This document shows positions 36,980 to 51,125 of a stretch of DNA of 64,000 nucleotides, piece by piece. Position numbers and translations under genes: made by a program. Position 1 is the first letter of the stretch. Every line of letters begins with the position of its first letter. The DNA lies in the NCBI GenBank assembly GCA_964035545.1, contig OZ037771.1:8115408-8179407 (forward strand), given 5' to 3'. The DNA comes from Bugula neritina (Eukaryota > Animalia > Bryozoa). Below the pieces are notes generated by a model. It had not been told where the DNA came from and ran no database searches. It saw only the letters and a list, made by a program, of their open reading frames with translations.

Positions 36980-39802
36980 CTTTTTGCAATTGCAAGTAAA
37001 AAATATTATAATAACTTATAGTTCATAATAACACAGATTAAATTATCACAATTATATTATTATAATATAGTAAGAATTGTTTTTCACAATAATATTATGT
37101 TGTGACTTAGTAATACGACAACAGCTTATTGCAAGCACTACTTGAGGGAATAACACAAATTATTCCTGCTGAGTGCAGCTCAAAAATTGTCTGGATGGCA
37201 TCTTATGACAATGCATGCCAGTTAAACAGTTTAACTGCAATAAGGTACCATTCAGCCTATTACTTTGTGTCATGCGTACAGTTTAAATAACTTGTGTGTG
37301 TGTGTGTGTGGGTGGTGTGCAGGCAGTGTGTGTAGAATCAAGAATGACACAAGCAAAAGGAATGGCATTAAAATAAGTTTCTCACCTACCTTCTGACTCA
37401 GAAAAAAATGAAGTTGTACTAGAGAAGCACGTGGTGGAGTGAACGCATCAGGGAAGTTTCATTTTATCAACTTTATAGCCTTTGTTCTCAGAAATATGAT
37501 ACAATATGCACTTCAATATTAAAATAGATCACAATATGTATATATGGAGACATGACTATATTAACCTTACATACTGCATTAAATGTTTAAGGTCACATTT
37601 CAAATACTGCTTTATATTGTCTATAAACATTTTTCCAGATGTTGGAACTGTTTTATATAAAAATAACAAAAAATGTGTTCTGTTATGATCAATATATCTA
37701 CATATGCCTCTAAGTGTATATCTCCAGAATATAATATGGCAAAACTATTATGCTGACATCTCAATTAAATTGGTGTCACTGCATTTGTGGAAGTGAGTGA
37801 GATATCTTTGGTGGACGAGTTTTGTCAAGCAATGCTGTTATTCATGCTCTTATACACTAAGACAGCTGCAGAACAAAAAATATACAACACTAAAAGTGAA
37901 ATGGAAAAACTGCATGGGCATATGCTCAGTAGTGTAGAAATTGTTTTTGCTGCCATGCAAGTTGAGACCTCGCTGGCCATTGAACAGCTGGTCTTCCAAT
38001 AAAAGGGCTGGTGTAATATGACATAGTTTTTACTACGCCATTAAAAGTTACTACCAGTTGATTCTGCAACACTTCACTCACTCTCAAACTATGGCTCCAA
38101 GTTTGACAGCATAGGTAACTTATTAAGAACTTTCACCATTGCAGTACCCATAACAAGCATGAGTTCATATTACCATACGAGTTTTTATATACACAAGTCA
38201 ACATACAGCACATGTGGTACATGTTTCATAAAACTTATGCTTGTATATACTGTTCCTATTTTTGCAAGAACCAATGCAGATGGAAACTGTTATTTCCAAT
38301 ATGGACCCTTGACTCTGGTGGTAGACAGGAGTGATTGGGACTTGATACTTTTTTTCCATTACCACAGCTGTTGGAAATTAAACCCATGACTCCTAATTTA
38401 ATTATTTCTGCATCCAATTATGAAGGGAAGTCGGCAGCACATTCCAAATACACATTGTTGCCTTTTTATGTTTCAGCATGTTGTTTTGGAAGTTGTCTTC
38501 CTGATAAAAGAACTTCATCAAAGGATAATCAATCTCACAGTGCTGCATTACAAGTGGAGAATTACTAGTTTTATAAGGTATTGCGGATAAGATATGCATA
38601 CCTGTGTAAATTTTCAGAAATAGCAGGTTTATTTTAGCTAATTGGAAATTATCTTTATACAGGTCTTTTACATATTGAAGTTTTTTCATCTCAAAATTAC
38701 TAAGAGGTCAATGTAACAGTCCCGTAGCACACTTTACTTACTTTTTAATAAATAAAATTCGAATTTATGCTAGGTATGCAAAATTCTAAGGAAATGCATT
38801 TCCAATCTCACTAGGAAACTATCATGAAAAAACCTTGATAACAGGTAAACATTTTCCTATTTATTCTACTAGATTGTTATTATTGTGAAAGCAAAGCTAA
38901 GGTCATTATCATTTACTTCAGCAATTGCTCTCCTACAGTCGGAATGCAACAAAATCATATGTCACATCTACAAAGGCTTGAATTAAATTTATCGCAATTA
39001 ATATGTATTGCAAATGAAGTATGGAAGAATTTGCTTGCCAGCCAGTGCAAGTGACTGGAAAAATGCAGATGGGAAGGGATCTACTGCAACAGAATCTCAG
39101 CTAAACCCTTATTAATGCATAGTAAACTCTCCAACAGGTATCACCACATGCCTAAACATGTTACCACACATCCAAACATGCCATTACATGCCCGAACATG
39201 CCTGAAAATGTCTTTACGGCTACTAGAAGGTTGTACATTGTACTACATGTCTGAACATGTCACTATATGTTATTAGTCTGCATTCATAACCTCTATTTAC
39301 TTACAGAAAAATAATTTGTTGTGTACAGTAATACAAGGTGATAAGAAATACCCTACATAGGCCATGTTGTTACATTAAATATTATTGAAAATAGCTATTA
39401 GTTCTATTTACAACATACACACTATTTACTCCTATATACAAAATACAGCATTTTATACCTCATCATTCAATATCAATGAAATAACTATTTCCATTTTCAC
39501 ATGCACAAAAACATCTTAATAATTTCAATAAAAATACTTCTGGGACACACGGCTATTAGTGTGACTTGCATATTGGTGGGGGATCTGTTAGTCTGGTAAT
39601 ATCAGACATTAAATAGAGTGAGAACTCCATTGTATAGACATAGGCCAACGCAACAGTATTTAGGTAAGTTACCAAGTATGCTATATGAGCTGAGATTTTA
39701 CTAACGAAAAGGAAGACAACTCTGACATGAGTGCACACTTCACACATGGAGATGAAAGCTTGCCCTGCAGCTGCCTATATCAAGAAAGAAAACTCTATCT
39801 AA

Positions 39803-42800
39803 TCACACAGCCTGATGCTGATTGGATGGGCCGATTGTGGTTTTTAGATTATTGACTTCAGAGGTCTTTGTTGCTGCTGTAACTGTCTTTCCAATTTTGA
39901 TGTTCTTAGAAGTGTGTGAGCCCGGTTGAGATGTGCTGGCGTCTCCATTGTCTGTCTGTTCAGGTAAGACACCATTTGTGTGGGAAGAAGAACTCAAACT
40001 CTCCTTGTAGCTGGTCAGCCTGTCCATCATTGCCATTCTCTTGAATCTGTACGCTTCATATATCACACGATCCAGCACCATCTTCTTCTCTGCCACGTCT
40101 CCTTGCAGGTTGGATAACTGGCGGAAGAGCTCAGTGTAATCTGCCAAATCATAAGGTACAGAAAATCACATAAAAAAGACACACATTGCAGCTTAAGCAC
40201 TGCAAGTAGCTGAGGTAAGCGTATGACTAAATAAAATACTTCTTTGTACAGTAATAAGAATTCACAAGGCTATAGATATTGAATCATAACGATGAGCAGA
40301 AGTCTGAGAACAAGCAGCTGCCTTGCCAAGAGCTAAGGTACTGGAAAGAGTTTACCTGCAGGCTAAAACTACCACACGCTGTAAAGGGTTGCATGGACAA
40401 CTCTCTAGGCTCTCCCTCAAAAAGTTAAAACACAATAACTGGTCATCAATAGACTATCATATAACCATTAGTAATATACGGCAGCTAGGTATACACTAGT
40501 GCAGCTGTGTAGGGTTAAATAAGTATAACAACTTATCAACAACTGGTGGGTTATTTTAAATTATGCTAAATTGGTTATTTATGGCCGTTTCTATTGCAGA
40601 ATACTACATTCTTCCTCAGTAACGCCTTCTAAGCATGGAATGAGAATTACAGTAGTGCTGCAGACAACAGCAAATGCCTTAGCCAATATAGCAGTCTTAT
40701 TCACTCACTTTTACCAGGGCGTTTAACCTGGTTTAAAATGGTTCGGAGGAGATGGTTGTTATGAAGTTGAGCAGTGGAGGTGGGAGTGAGAGTTCTTGGT
40801 TTGGGGAGAGACAGGCCGGTCTGCTGCACTATCTTAGCTGTGAACTGTGTAGGTGCAGACGTGGTGGTAGTGTGTAGAGAAGCAGACGGTGGGCTCTGAT
40901 TGGACGCGCCAAGTATTCCATTCTGCTTCCCAACAATGCCATTCAGCTCCGTATCCTGTCACACAAACCGCTGAGCTCATACAAACGGCTCACTCATTGG
41001 ATAGCAACACTTTACAAAAACTGTGATAGAGAAAAATAACTGAGAAAATGCAAAGCAATTTATGCTTTATGGACAAAATGAAAACTTAATTATTTTACTC
41101 AAACCATACTTAAACATCAGAGGACAATTACTAATAGTTTGTGTGACATGGAGGCAACTATACTAACAACATAGAGCAGTTGCATCTCCTCCCAAATAAG
41201 ACTACTACACTTACCTGAAGCCCAACCTTCAAAATCGGCCTAGAATTATTTAACTTCGCCTTAACTAACCCACCCCCATCCCCCTCACCCTCGGCATTGC
41301 TAGCACCGGGAGAGCACGGAGGTACTGGAGAGAGAGGAGGTATTGGCGGGGTCGTTGGACGATTGCTTAGCGAAATATGTCTTGGCAGAGGGCCTGGTTT
41401 CCTCTTTTTTCTAGCAGGTGAAGATGGTGGGCAGTCTGTCGCCTCCCTCTTGGATCTCTTAGAACCACCGCTACCACCGGGAGACATGGCCATCCCGGGC
41501 ATTGCTTCATCTGCCTCATCTATCATCAGGTTCTATATAGAGAAGCAGATTATAAATAGACTGGAGCTTACTATAAATAGATTCTAACAACACACCACTC
41601 AATCACAGAGCACATACAAAACATCGGTGCCATTCCATCTCACAGACTGATGAAGCTAGTCTTCTACCAAACTGCTACATTATGATACCTCAAAGAGCAC
41701 ATGTGGGAAGCATCAAATTTATACACTAGAGATCAAGAGACTTGTACTTCTAGTGAGTAAGAGTGCGGGATGTTGATGGTGAACGTACCTTGTTGACCTT
41801 GAATGGGTTACCAAACGTGTGCATCCTTTCTGGCTGCGTATCCAGTTGACGGAGAGGAGGGTGGGCTTTGGCAAGGTACTCGTGGTACATGCCCATTCTC
41901 TGGATGGGAACCGAGTGTAGGTGCTCTGCAACAGCAACCGTGAAAACATGTATGTGCTTTAATAGTATGTGGGTCATTCTACTTAATTTAGTATACACTA
42001 TATATATCTAGTTTTTAGCTATTTTTTACAGTTCAGCTGCTCATGTATATGATTTCTTACATTAAACTGATGAAATATTAACTAATACAGCTGAATTAGC
42101 AAGGTTTTTTTTTCTAATTTGCTTCATTTTCTATGTTTTATCCTGACTTTTTAGTAAATTAGGGTGTGCAGGCATGATGCTTTGTTCATCATGCCTGCAC
42201 ACCCAAATTTACTAAAATATCAGGATAAAACATAGAAAATAAAGCAAAATTAGAAAAAAAAACCTTGCTAATTTAGCTGTATTTGTTAATATTTCATCAG
42301 TTTAATGTAAGAAATTATATACATTAGCAGCTAAACTGTGAAAAATAGCTAAAAGTTAGAGATATATAGTGTATACTAAATTAAGTAAAATGACCCACGT
42401 GTAACTATCACCACAGTCTGAATGAAAGAGAGTGAAGAGCAGAAAGTACTGGGTTTATAAGTCTATAATATTAGCTTATTTCGTGATAGCCAAAATATGT
42501 AAATGTACATAAGCAAACACAACAGAGAAAAACATAATGTAGCTTACACAGCTCTGAAAATACGATTAAAGCTATAATGATTCAACAAAAAGCTTTCCAT
42601 GCTCAAGTAATGTTCCAACAATAAATTTAATGGGTCTAAAATCTCTAAATGTATCAATGTAACAAAAAAGATAGGATTTGATTGGTCGACCATTGTTGGG
42701 CTTTGGACATACCATCTTTCAACAAGGAGCCGCCTGTTCCTTTGGGACGCAGTAAAAACGCCCGCAGTTTAGATATTTGAGATAAGAGATCCTTTCTGTC

Positions 42801-45800
42801 TATATCATAGGGGTTCCTACAGGTAGATGAGAAGAGCATGACAAGTGGTGGTGCAATGATTACATTATGTAGATTCAACAATAAAATTTTCAACTGTCTT
42901 CATCTGATAAGTGAATTAAATTTCTTTATATGCCAGGTTAGAATTGAATAAAACACTAGTAAACGTAAGATATACATAACCAATAATGTAATGCCACTGT
43001 TGATATAAGCAAACTAGGCTGAAAATTGTGTGTATTTTAAAAACATTTCCTTATTAACAAATGCAACTTTCAAGAAGGAATAGCACTAGTTAGAATGAAA
43101 ATTTATATTAGAAGAGATGTGCAGTTTCATGTCATCAACAGTGTTAGTTTAACAGCTCAAACAGAACCAATAACATGGATAACACTGCACTACAGAACAC
43201 TACAGAGCACTGCAGAGCACTACACACATATTCTAGTGATCATTTGTGTTGATATACATACTTATAGTTTAATGTCTTCCTTGTGGTAGCATTAGAACGC
43301 GGCACTGATATGTGGAAGCTGTCGTATTTCAGCAACTCCTTCTGTAGAGATGCTATGCTGGAATAATCACCTTCGGAGTATTGCAGCAGCTCGTTGAAAT
43401 CACGCCGTGCCAACAGCGAATGTGCACCTCTGAAATATTTACTATCAGTATAGTACTTCTTTATTGACTACTGGTACAGTACTTATTTACTACTAGTACA
43501 GTACTTATTTACTACTAGTACAGTACTTATTTACTACTAGTATAGTACTCACTTACTATTGGTATAGTACTCACTTACTACTGGTATAGTACTCACTTAC
43601 TACTGGTATAGTACTAACTTACTACTAGTATAGTACTCACTTACTACTAGTACAGTACTCATTTACTACTAGTACAGTACTCACTTATTTACTACTTGTA
43701 TAGCATCAGTTGGGGGGACGCATTGTCCGACAGAAGCCACCAATGCTTCATATTCCTGCTTAGCCTTGGTTCTAACTTGTTTCAGATGACTTACAACCAT
43801 AAAACTCAGGCAGCTATCAAGAGATTCTGGCACCATGCCATGCACACCCATACGACCCAGAGCCCTTCGCAAATACTGCAAACACAATTAATAAAAGTTT
43901 CAACTGAGAGGCCAAAGTTAGGTCAAAGTTCAAATGAATACACCATACAGAAGCTGCCACTAGTAGGGAACCTGAGACAGTATGACAGTTCAACTCACAG
44001 GTGCGTAGTAGCCTGGCATGGCACGCAGGTAGTTCTCAAACTCTGTCTTCCATTTAGCTGTAGGTTTCATTGAGATATTCTTCAATTCATCTGTAAGGTG
44101 TGAAACAGTCAACACAATACTATTACACACGTTTTTGGACGTGCAAAGATACAAAATATTGAATGAATACACTTGGCATAGAGATCAGAAATTGCAGGTA
44201 AATTATGTAGCAGATAGCAGCAATTGTGTGCATTCCACCTAAAGAAGTGTACAATGTGTAGAAGTCACACAGCACTAAGCTAAATACACACAGCAATACA
44301 CGTTTGATTGGAGAAAACTTTCATTTTTAAACTAAAAGTGTCTCAAAAAAGCACTTATAATAAAAGAAATTAAAATAATTCCATATTTAAAAATATCCAT
44401 GATTTCACTTTCAAAAGCCAGATGTTTCTATCATTGCTATAATATTAGTGCAAATTAAAACTAAGGGTCTGTTTGAGCAGACTGTGTTACTACTATGTAC
44501 TACCATATTATACTACCACATACTATCATGTGTTACCATGTGTTACTACCATGTACTACCATATTATACTACCATATACTACCATGTGTTACCATATACT
44601 ACCATGTGTTCCTATGTACTATCATGCATTACCATACACTAACATACGTTACAATGCACTAGCACGCTCATACCTAGCAGAGAGAAAAGCACCGGGTAGT
44701 TGTAGGGCATCACGTGTAGGAACACTTTCTGACTTGTACTGTGAGACTGGAGGAATCCAAAAGGAAAGTCGTTGTACTTGGAGCTTTGGTTGATGAATGC
44801 CTACAACCAAACAAACAGCTCTCCTCATGTGTCTCTTAACATAGATGTGAATAATAACATCACAGAGTGGCTAGCTAATATACAGCAACATGACTGTTAG
44901 CTGATGGTGCCATCACCTGGTAACAGTAGTTGGACTTGGCTTTGAGTATATGTTGTGTGAGAGGGCTGGCCTCCAGCTCGTACACATCTATTGGTAGGAG
45001 GTTCATCAGATGAGCAGCAGGCGGAGGGAGTGGTGAGCAGAATTTTATGATTGGTTGAGCATCTCTGGCCATCTGTAACAGAGTTGGCAGCTTGATGACA
45101 GCAGCATATTATGTGAACATACACTGACATGAAACATCACTATTGCATCACTTATGGCGAGTTATAGGTTTCCTAACTGAAATCTACAGTCATTGACTAT
45201 GACTAGCATAAAACTTGAAGAGACAAATAGTTGTAAGAAAAAATATTTCTTGCTAGTTTCTATTATTTCCAGACAAAAACTTGATTTTAAAAAGTTGACG
45301 GTGGCAAGAGATAATTGGCCACTGAAAATATGATGTCAGTGTAACTGGTTAAAGATGAAAACGTTCAACAGCAAAAGCTTAGCATGATTTTGTAAAAATG
45401 AATCAAGAAATGACATAAAGATATTTTACTGTTCAGCCTGCACCACTCTAACTGAGTGTATGATAGCTGCCTTATGCTATATACGGTATACTATACAATA
45501 CATACACTACACTACATAATATATATACGGTATACTATACAATACATACACTACATAATACACATACATTATACTATATATACGGTATACTATACAATAC
45601 ATACACTACACTACACAATATATATACGGTATATTATACAATACATACACTACATAATATACATACATTATACTATATATACAGTATACTATACAATACA
45701 TACACTACACTACATAATATACATACATTATACTGTATATACGGTATACTATACAATACATACACTACACTACATAATATACATACATTATACTATATAT

Positions 45801-48800
45801 ACGGTATACTATACAATACATACACTACACTACACAATATATATACGGTATATTATACAATACATACACTACATAATATACATACATTATACTATATATA
45901 CTGTATACTATACAATACATACACTACCCTACACAATATATATACGGTATACTATACAATACATACACTACATAATACACATACATTATACTATACAGCA
46001 CATGCACTATACAATACATGCACTATACTATATACTATACAGTACAGTACATACACTATATCTTATAATATACATACACGATACTGTATACTATACATAA
46101 ACTACACTACATAATATACATATACTATACAGTACAAATTATATACTATACAGTGCATATGCTATACAGTATAAAGTACATATACTATACTACATAATAC
46201 ACATATACTATACTGTATATTGACTACACACCAATGTCTTAGCCTTGCAGTCTGGCCAATAAGACTCTGGGAGTGGCCAGTGACCTACAGAATGACCTCT
46301 CTGAGCTGAACTCTTCACAAATATCATCCTCTTAGTGGACTTCCAGCTGCTGGTCTGTGAGGGACTCAGCGGTCGGTTTATGTCACCAGTTTCTACATAA
46401 CAAACAGGTAAGTATCTACTACACTCAGTATCTACAGGTAAATATCTACAGGTATCTGCAGGTAAGTATATACACTCAGTATATACATGTAAGTATTTAC
46501 TACTCAGTATCTACAGGTAAGTATCTACAGGTATCTACAGGTAAGTATATATACAAGTAAGTATATATACTAAGTATATACAAGTAAGTATATACTGAGT
46601 ATATATACAGATAGACTGGTTGAACAAGATATTAGATGTCTACCATCATTGAGAGGAATTTGTGGTTCCGTGTAGTCAAAGTTGACAACCACACCATGCA
46701 TTGCTGCCTTCTGAGCTAAAGACTCGAGAGTTTGATTGAGCTGTTTGGGGGTAGATACGAGGTAAGATCGGCCTGAAATGAATGGAGTTATCAGTGTAGA
46801 TTGTAGAACATGGAATAAAACAAAAAAGATGGGGCAGACAATTGCAAAGATAGAAAATCAAATATTAATTAGCAGTGAAACACTTAATCCGTCTTCGTTG
46901 GACTTGTAATAACAGCAGGTAATCTTTCATATACAATAGGAAACACATAACAAATGCTGTAAGTTACTATCAGCTGATGGCCATGATGCTAACCAGCAGT
47001 TGACTGCAGGCAGCAATGCAGGACTAGCATAAACCTACCACCAGTGACTTCACACATAGAATCAATGGGACTCGACTCGGCTGAAGGTATGAAAGTAGTG
47101 TCACTATTCGGCTCCGGCATTTCCACAGCAGGTAACTTCAGCACAATACCAAACACTCTCTGGTCCCATCGAAATGGCTCCTTCGTTAGTTCACTACCCA
47201 CAAGGCCATTGGCCATGGGCAAAGTCAACTGCATACAACATAGACATATTGACCCTTAACTTAGTAACAGATACGATTAGTTACAGTTATTAGTATAGCA
47301 TTTTGGTGACGGTATTCTCGATAGTAAAGTATTGCGGCGTACAGACTCTACAGCTGAAAATAAGCATTCACCACTGCTTTTGAGCGACAAGTCACTCCGC
47401 TAAAGGTCAACGCACAGCTATGCTAGCCAGCAGCTGGTAAGAATGTTGTCTCCTAACCAATGAGAATGCAGTTCAAGCATTTCCTGCCATACATGCAACA
47501 ACACATAGTCAAGTTTACTAGCATAATTTAAAGATTTTCATTAATATAATTTAGCCAAACTAATTGATATAATATCTAAAATTAGAAAGCTGTGACATAA
47601 CAAGTGATGAAAGACTGCAGTGTGAAGGACATAATAATTATAATACTAACAAAGATATGCTCAGTAAATACCTGTTTGTGAATGCCACTAGAAGTAACCA
47701 TAGATTCACCATCAGAGAAGCTAATTATTACGGCGGGTTCTATATAGAATGGACACCTGCCCTATAAATACAGAATAGACACTGGGTCGAGTGGCAGAGA
47801 TATAATATTAACTCTAAATACGAACCTGCAGTACTCAAGTACCACTCACCAGGGAGGAGAGATCTTTTCACAGAACAAGTCAAATGAAATCAAGTATAAA
47901 TTATCGTGAAAGTTTTAGAAAAAAAAATTTATAGTGAACACAACTCCAAATTTGACCAAGTGACTCAAATAAAATAATTCTTATTTTGAAAATAATTTTC
48001 TAAAAGGGGTCATCACCAACATCAAATGTGAAATTAGCCACTGAAAACAAGAAATACAACTCATAATAATACAAAGCACTTGGTTTTTAGTTGAGTTTAG
48101 ATATTTTAGAAAATAGTGATGATATGTATTACCTGTTCCAGGCATTATTCATTCCCATGACACAAAATACCTTACCGAAACTTGATGCTATTTAACTGAC
48201 TTTAAGTATTTTTTCAACTCCAGCTATGGGCTTGAGAAGCATTAAACCTTTGTTATAACTTGGGAGACGATAAAAGTTGCTCATTAATAATAAACTTTTA
48301 TAAACCATAGAGATATGACCCACATAAACAACAGACCTGTCCATATGTGTCGATACCACTTTGATTTCTGTTCATATTTAACATATTAAATGCATTTTTG
48401 AGAGCGGACCCAACTTCTGTGACCCCGTGAGCTGTGAGATTCTTCAACTGTGTAGCAAACTGCAGGTGAGTTTCCTTCCAGCCAGCCTGCACAACACCAA
48501 CACAAAAATAATATATGCATGAAAATTATACAAATGAGGTAGATATTCAACCAATTATTACTACTACTAACAAAAATATTAAATTACTAAAATAAGCAGC
48601 ATACAAATTCAAATAGGAGCTTCATAGCCACTAGGCAAAATTATTACATTTTACTATTGGAAGTACGTTATATGGTAAACGAAACAGCTTATGAACTAGC
48701 GCGATCAAGCCAATCACTGATAGTAAAACATAAGCCCTAATTTGAAAACAACAGATTTAAACTGCAATATCTGTTGACACTGCTAGGGCAAATTTGAAGG

Positions 48801-49729
48801 AAAACAACAACTGTTTTAAGTTTGAACTCTTCCTGATATCACCAATGACTTGGACACGAATCTAAAACCTGTGTCACTAGGGTACGGCTGCTATTACTAT
48901 GCAACAGGTTATTAACAAATTAGCTATTTAGTAAACTTAACAAGCATATGGTTATGACACCTGAACTAAATACGTGGCCAGTCTTAAAGATCTTCTAAAT
49001 TTATAAGTTCATCAGTGTGAGTATGAGTATCACTATCAGTATCACATTGAATATCAATATAACTTATAATTATCCCAATAGAAATATTACCAGTTATGAA
49101 CTTTTAGCACCAGTATGAGTGTGACTATGAGTGTGACTATGATTATGAGCATGAGCATGACTATTTGAGTATTACAATTAGTGATTTACTGAGTAATTTA
49201 CAATTACTATGACTGTGAGTATGAAAATGATTTTCAAATTTCATTATGAATATAATCATAATGATAATGTTATTGTTTGTTGGCTAATGCAGCAAAAGTA
49301 AAATGGAAACCATAGTCAGGAATATCAATAAGTTGCATCATTTGGTTAAAATTTAACTAACATGTATTCTAACATTTAAATCAAATACTACGACTGTAAG
49401 ATGCATGTGACCTTTGACCTTTACTAACCTTTATATTACCAGGAGGCTCGTCGTAAGTCAATAACATTAATCTATCCCACTTGCTATTTGGGTTTTTCTG
49501 ACGTATCTAAAATATTTATGACACGTCAAATAATTATAAGTGTCTCAAAGTTCAAATTGCAAATATGTTTATATTTTTAAAAAGTCAGAATCGCGAAAAC
49601 TGCACAATTATATATCACCTTCTGAAAAGTTTCTATGGCGTTTTTTGTGACGTCTAAAATTGTAGAGCCATGAAAAGTTCTTTGATTCATAGACGCACTC
49701 GTGTCCACCAGAAACAAAATTATAGTCAT
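39803..49729 (-). CDS. INTS6: Integrator complex subunit 6 (vWA domain + C-terminal INTS6 domain), about 17 coding exons
   Basis: Starts MTIILFLVDTSASMNQRT (49729-49619). Later exons read DRLMLLTYDEPP, AGWKE...GIDTYGQ|GRCPFYIEP, GSELTKEPFRWDQRVF, SMCEVTGGRSY, GHWPLPESYWPD, PIDVYELEASPLTQHIL, HVMPYNYPVL, YLRAMPGYY, RNPYDIDRKDLL, HSVPIQRMGMYHEYL...RMHTFGNPFK, MIDEADE and VKRPGK|DY...EAYRFKR. These are hallmark INTS6 segments. Stop at 39803. Confidence 0.96.
41969..42398. repeat. Near-perfect ~430-bp palindrome (foldback MITE-like) in an INTS6 intron
   Basis: The left arm gtgggtcattctacttaatttagtatacactat...gtgtgcaggcatgatg is mirrored by catcatgcctgcacac...tagtgtatactaaattaagtaaaatgacccac. Arms are ~210 bp and the loop is ~7 nt at ~42180-42186. 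Confidence 0.93.
43465..43690. repeat. ~20-22-bp minisatellite (tagtacagtacttatttactac-like) in an INTS6 intron
   Basis: About 10 tandem units. The unit resembles the adjacent donor-site sequence (gtgagtactgtactagtagt on the - strand). Confidence 0.85.
45470..46220. repeat. Compound TA/CA-rich minisatellite with higher-order repeats in an INTS6 intron
   Basis: Recurrent tatacggtatactatacaatacatacactacactac blocks; source of the spurious 214-aa Y/T/I/H ORF. Similar simple repeats occur at 44490-44640 and 46405-46610. Confidence 0.9.
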
Positions 49730-49859
49730 ACCGTTGAATTAAAATTTTATCTTTCACCCGACATAAATAAAATCTATGAATATGACCTATTACAAAAGTT
49801 AATGGTGAAAATTACTACACGTATTTCTTCTCCTTGCTTGTAGGCAAGCCACTTTAGCG

Positions 49860-49900
49860 CAGCTAAAGTGTCGTCACGTGATCGCATCGCCATTTTCTGC
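49860..49900. promoter_or_regulatory. Likely INTS6 promoter, possibly bidirectional with frataxin: E-box GTCACGTGAT and YY1-type CGCCATTTT
   Basis: A CpG-containing patch ~150 bp upstream of the INTS6 ATG carries CACGTG (~49875-49880) and CGCCATTTT (~49888-49896). The next gene is divergently oriented. Confidence 0.5.
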
Positions 49901-50667
49901 ATTGATTTAATTGGGCGTTGATTTGAACACTTTGGTTGATGAGGTACAAATGTTTAGTTTGTCCGGGTAGCGATACACGCTTACTATAGAGATTTGATTA
50001 GAAATAAATAGTGTAGATAATTACTGCTAATGCTACAATGCTCATTGACTATGCTATTGGAATGCTGTAACGCTGCAATAGTAATCAGTTATGTGCAATG
50101 GTCTATAAAAGTTTTAGTATTAGTATTATCATAATAACTTGTAAGTTTAACCCATATGGATAATTATAAGTATAACTATGAGCTCGTGTGCCTTCGCCCA
50201 TGTGATGAGCCTGAGGTTTATTAAATTTAATCACTCAAGTTAATCACTTTAAGTTAATGTTATACTTTCATAGTGATAGTCATAGTCATACTCATACTGA
50301 TAGAGTGATACTGATAGTATGAGTGATACTGATAGTGATAGTCAATGTCATAGTGATACTCATATTATTATTCGTATTGTCAATATGAATATGAACTGAA
50401 AGTGAATGTTCAGAGTGAGTGACTGTGAAACTGAGAGTCGTTAGAACTTCAACTTAAAATAAGAATAACTATACTCTAACTCTATAAAATAAGACTCTAT
50501 ACTCTATAGTCTATAGTGTATAACTATAAGTATAAAAATTGATATTATTACTATTCCTAGTCATACTAATACTAATACTATTAGTAATAGTATTACTATT
50601 AGTAATTACTAATAGTATTACTATTAGTATAGTATTAGTAAGTATTAGCCCATCACATTTAGTTTTA

Positions 50668-51125
50668 GGGTTACTGTCGTTTCATACACAAGTCGTTTCG
50701 TACACCAGTCGTTTCGTATAATAAATTAATCCACTGGATAACCACTTGAATGATACTAGTAGTAGTTGACTTACTCATTGCATCCCAGCTCTCTCTCCAG
50801 CATGTTTTTGAAACAAAATATAGATTCGTTTACTATCTGCTAGTGCTGCCATCTAGTTCTACTGATAGTGATAACAACATTTAAACCAAAAGAGCAGTTC
50901 CTCCCCAACATCTACATATCATAAATAAGCATGCAGTGAAATGAAATTTGCAAGTTACTTGTGAGCAGTACTGTATGAATCATACATCAAATAATAAATG
51001 AATATAAAAAATATGTATTTTAGTTCAATTATATTGATGTGTACGAAACGACCTATGAGATGTGTACAAAAGGACCTGGAAAAGTGGGTATGAAATGAGA
51101 CTTGTGTACGGAATGACCTGCACCC
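50668..51125. mobile_element. Non-autonomous Mutator-like (MULE) element with subterminal repeats, 458 bp
   Basis: An exact 9-bp direct repeat ttagtttta sits at 50659-50667 and 51126-51134. Imperfect TIRs start GGGT. Tandem gtcgtttcgtacac motifs at the left end are inverted (gtgtacgaaacgac) at the right end. Confidence 0.8.

Noticed and set aside
45456-46100. 214-aa Tyr/His/Ile-rich ORF
   Set aside because: It is a translation of an intronic minisatellite antisense to INTS6.
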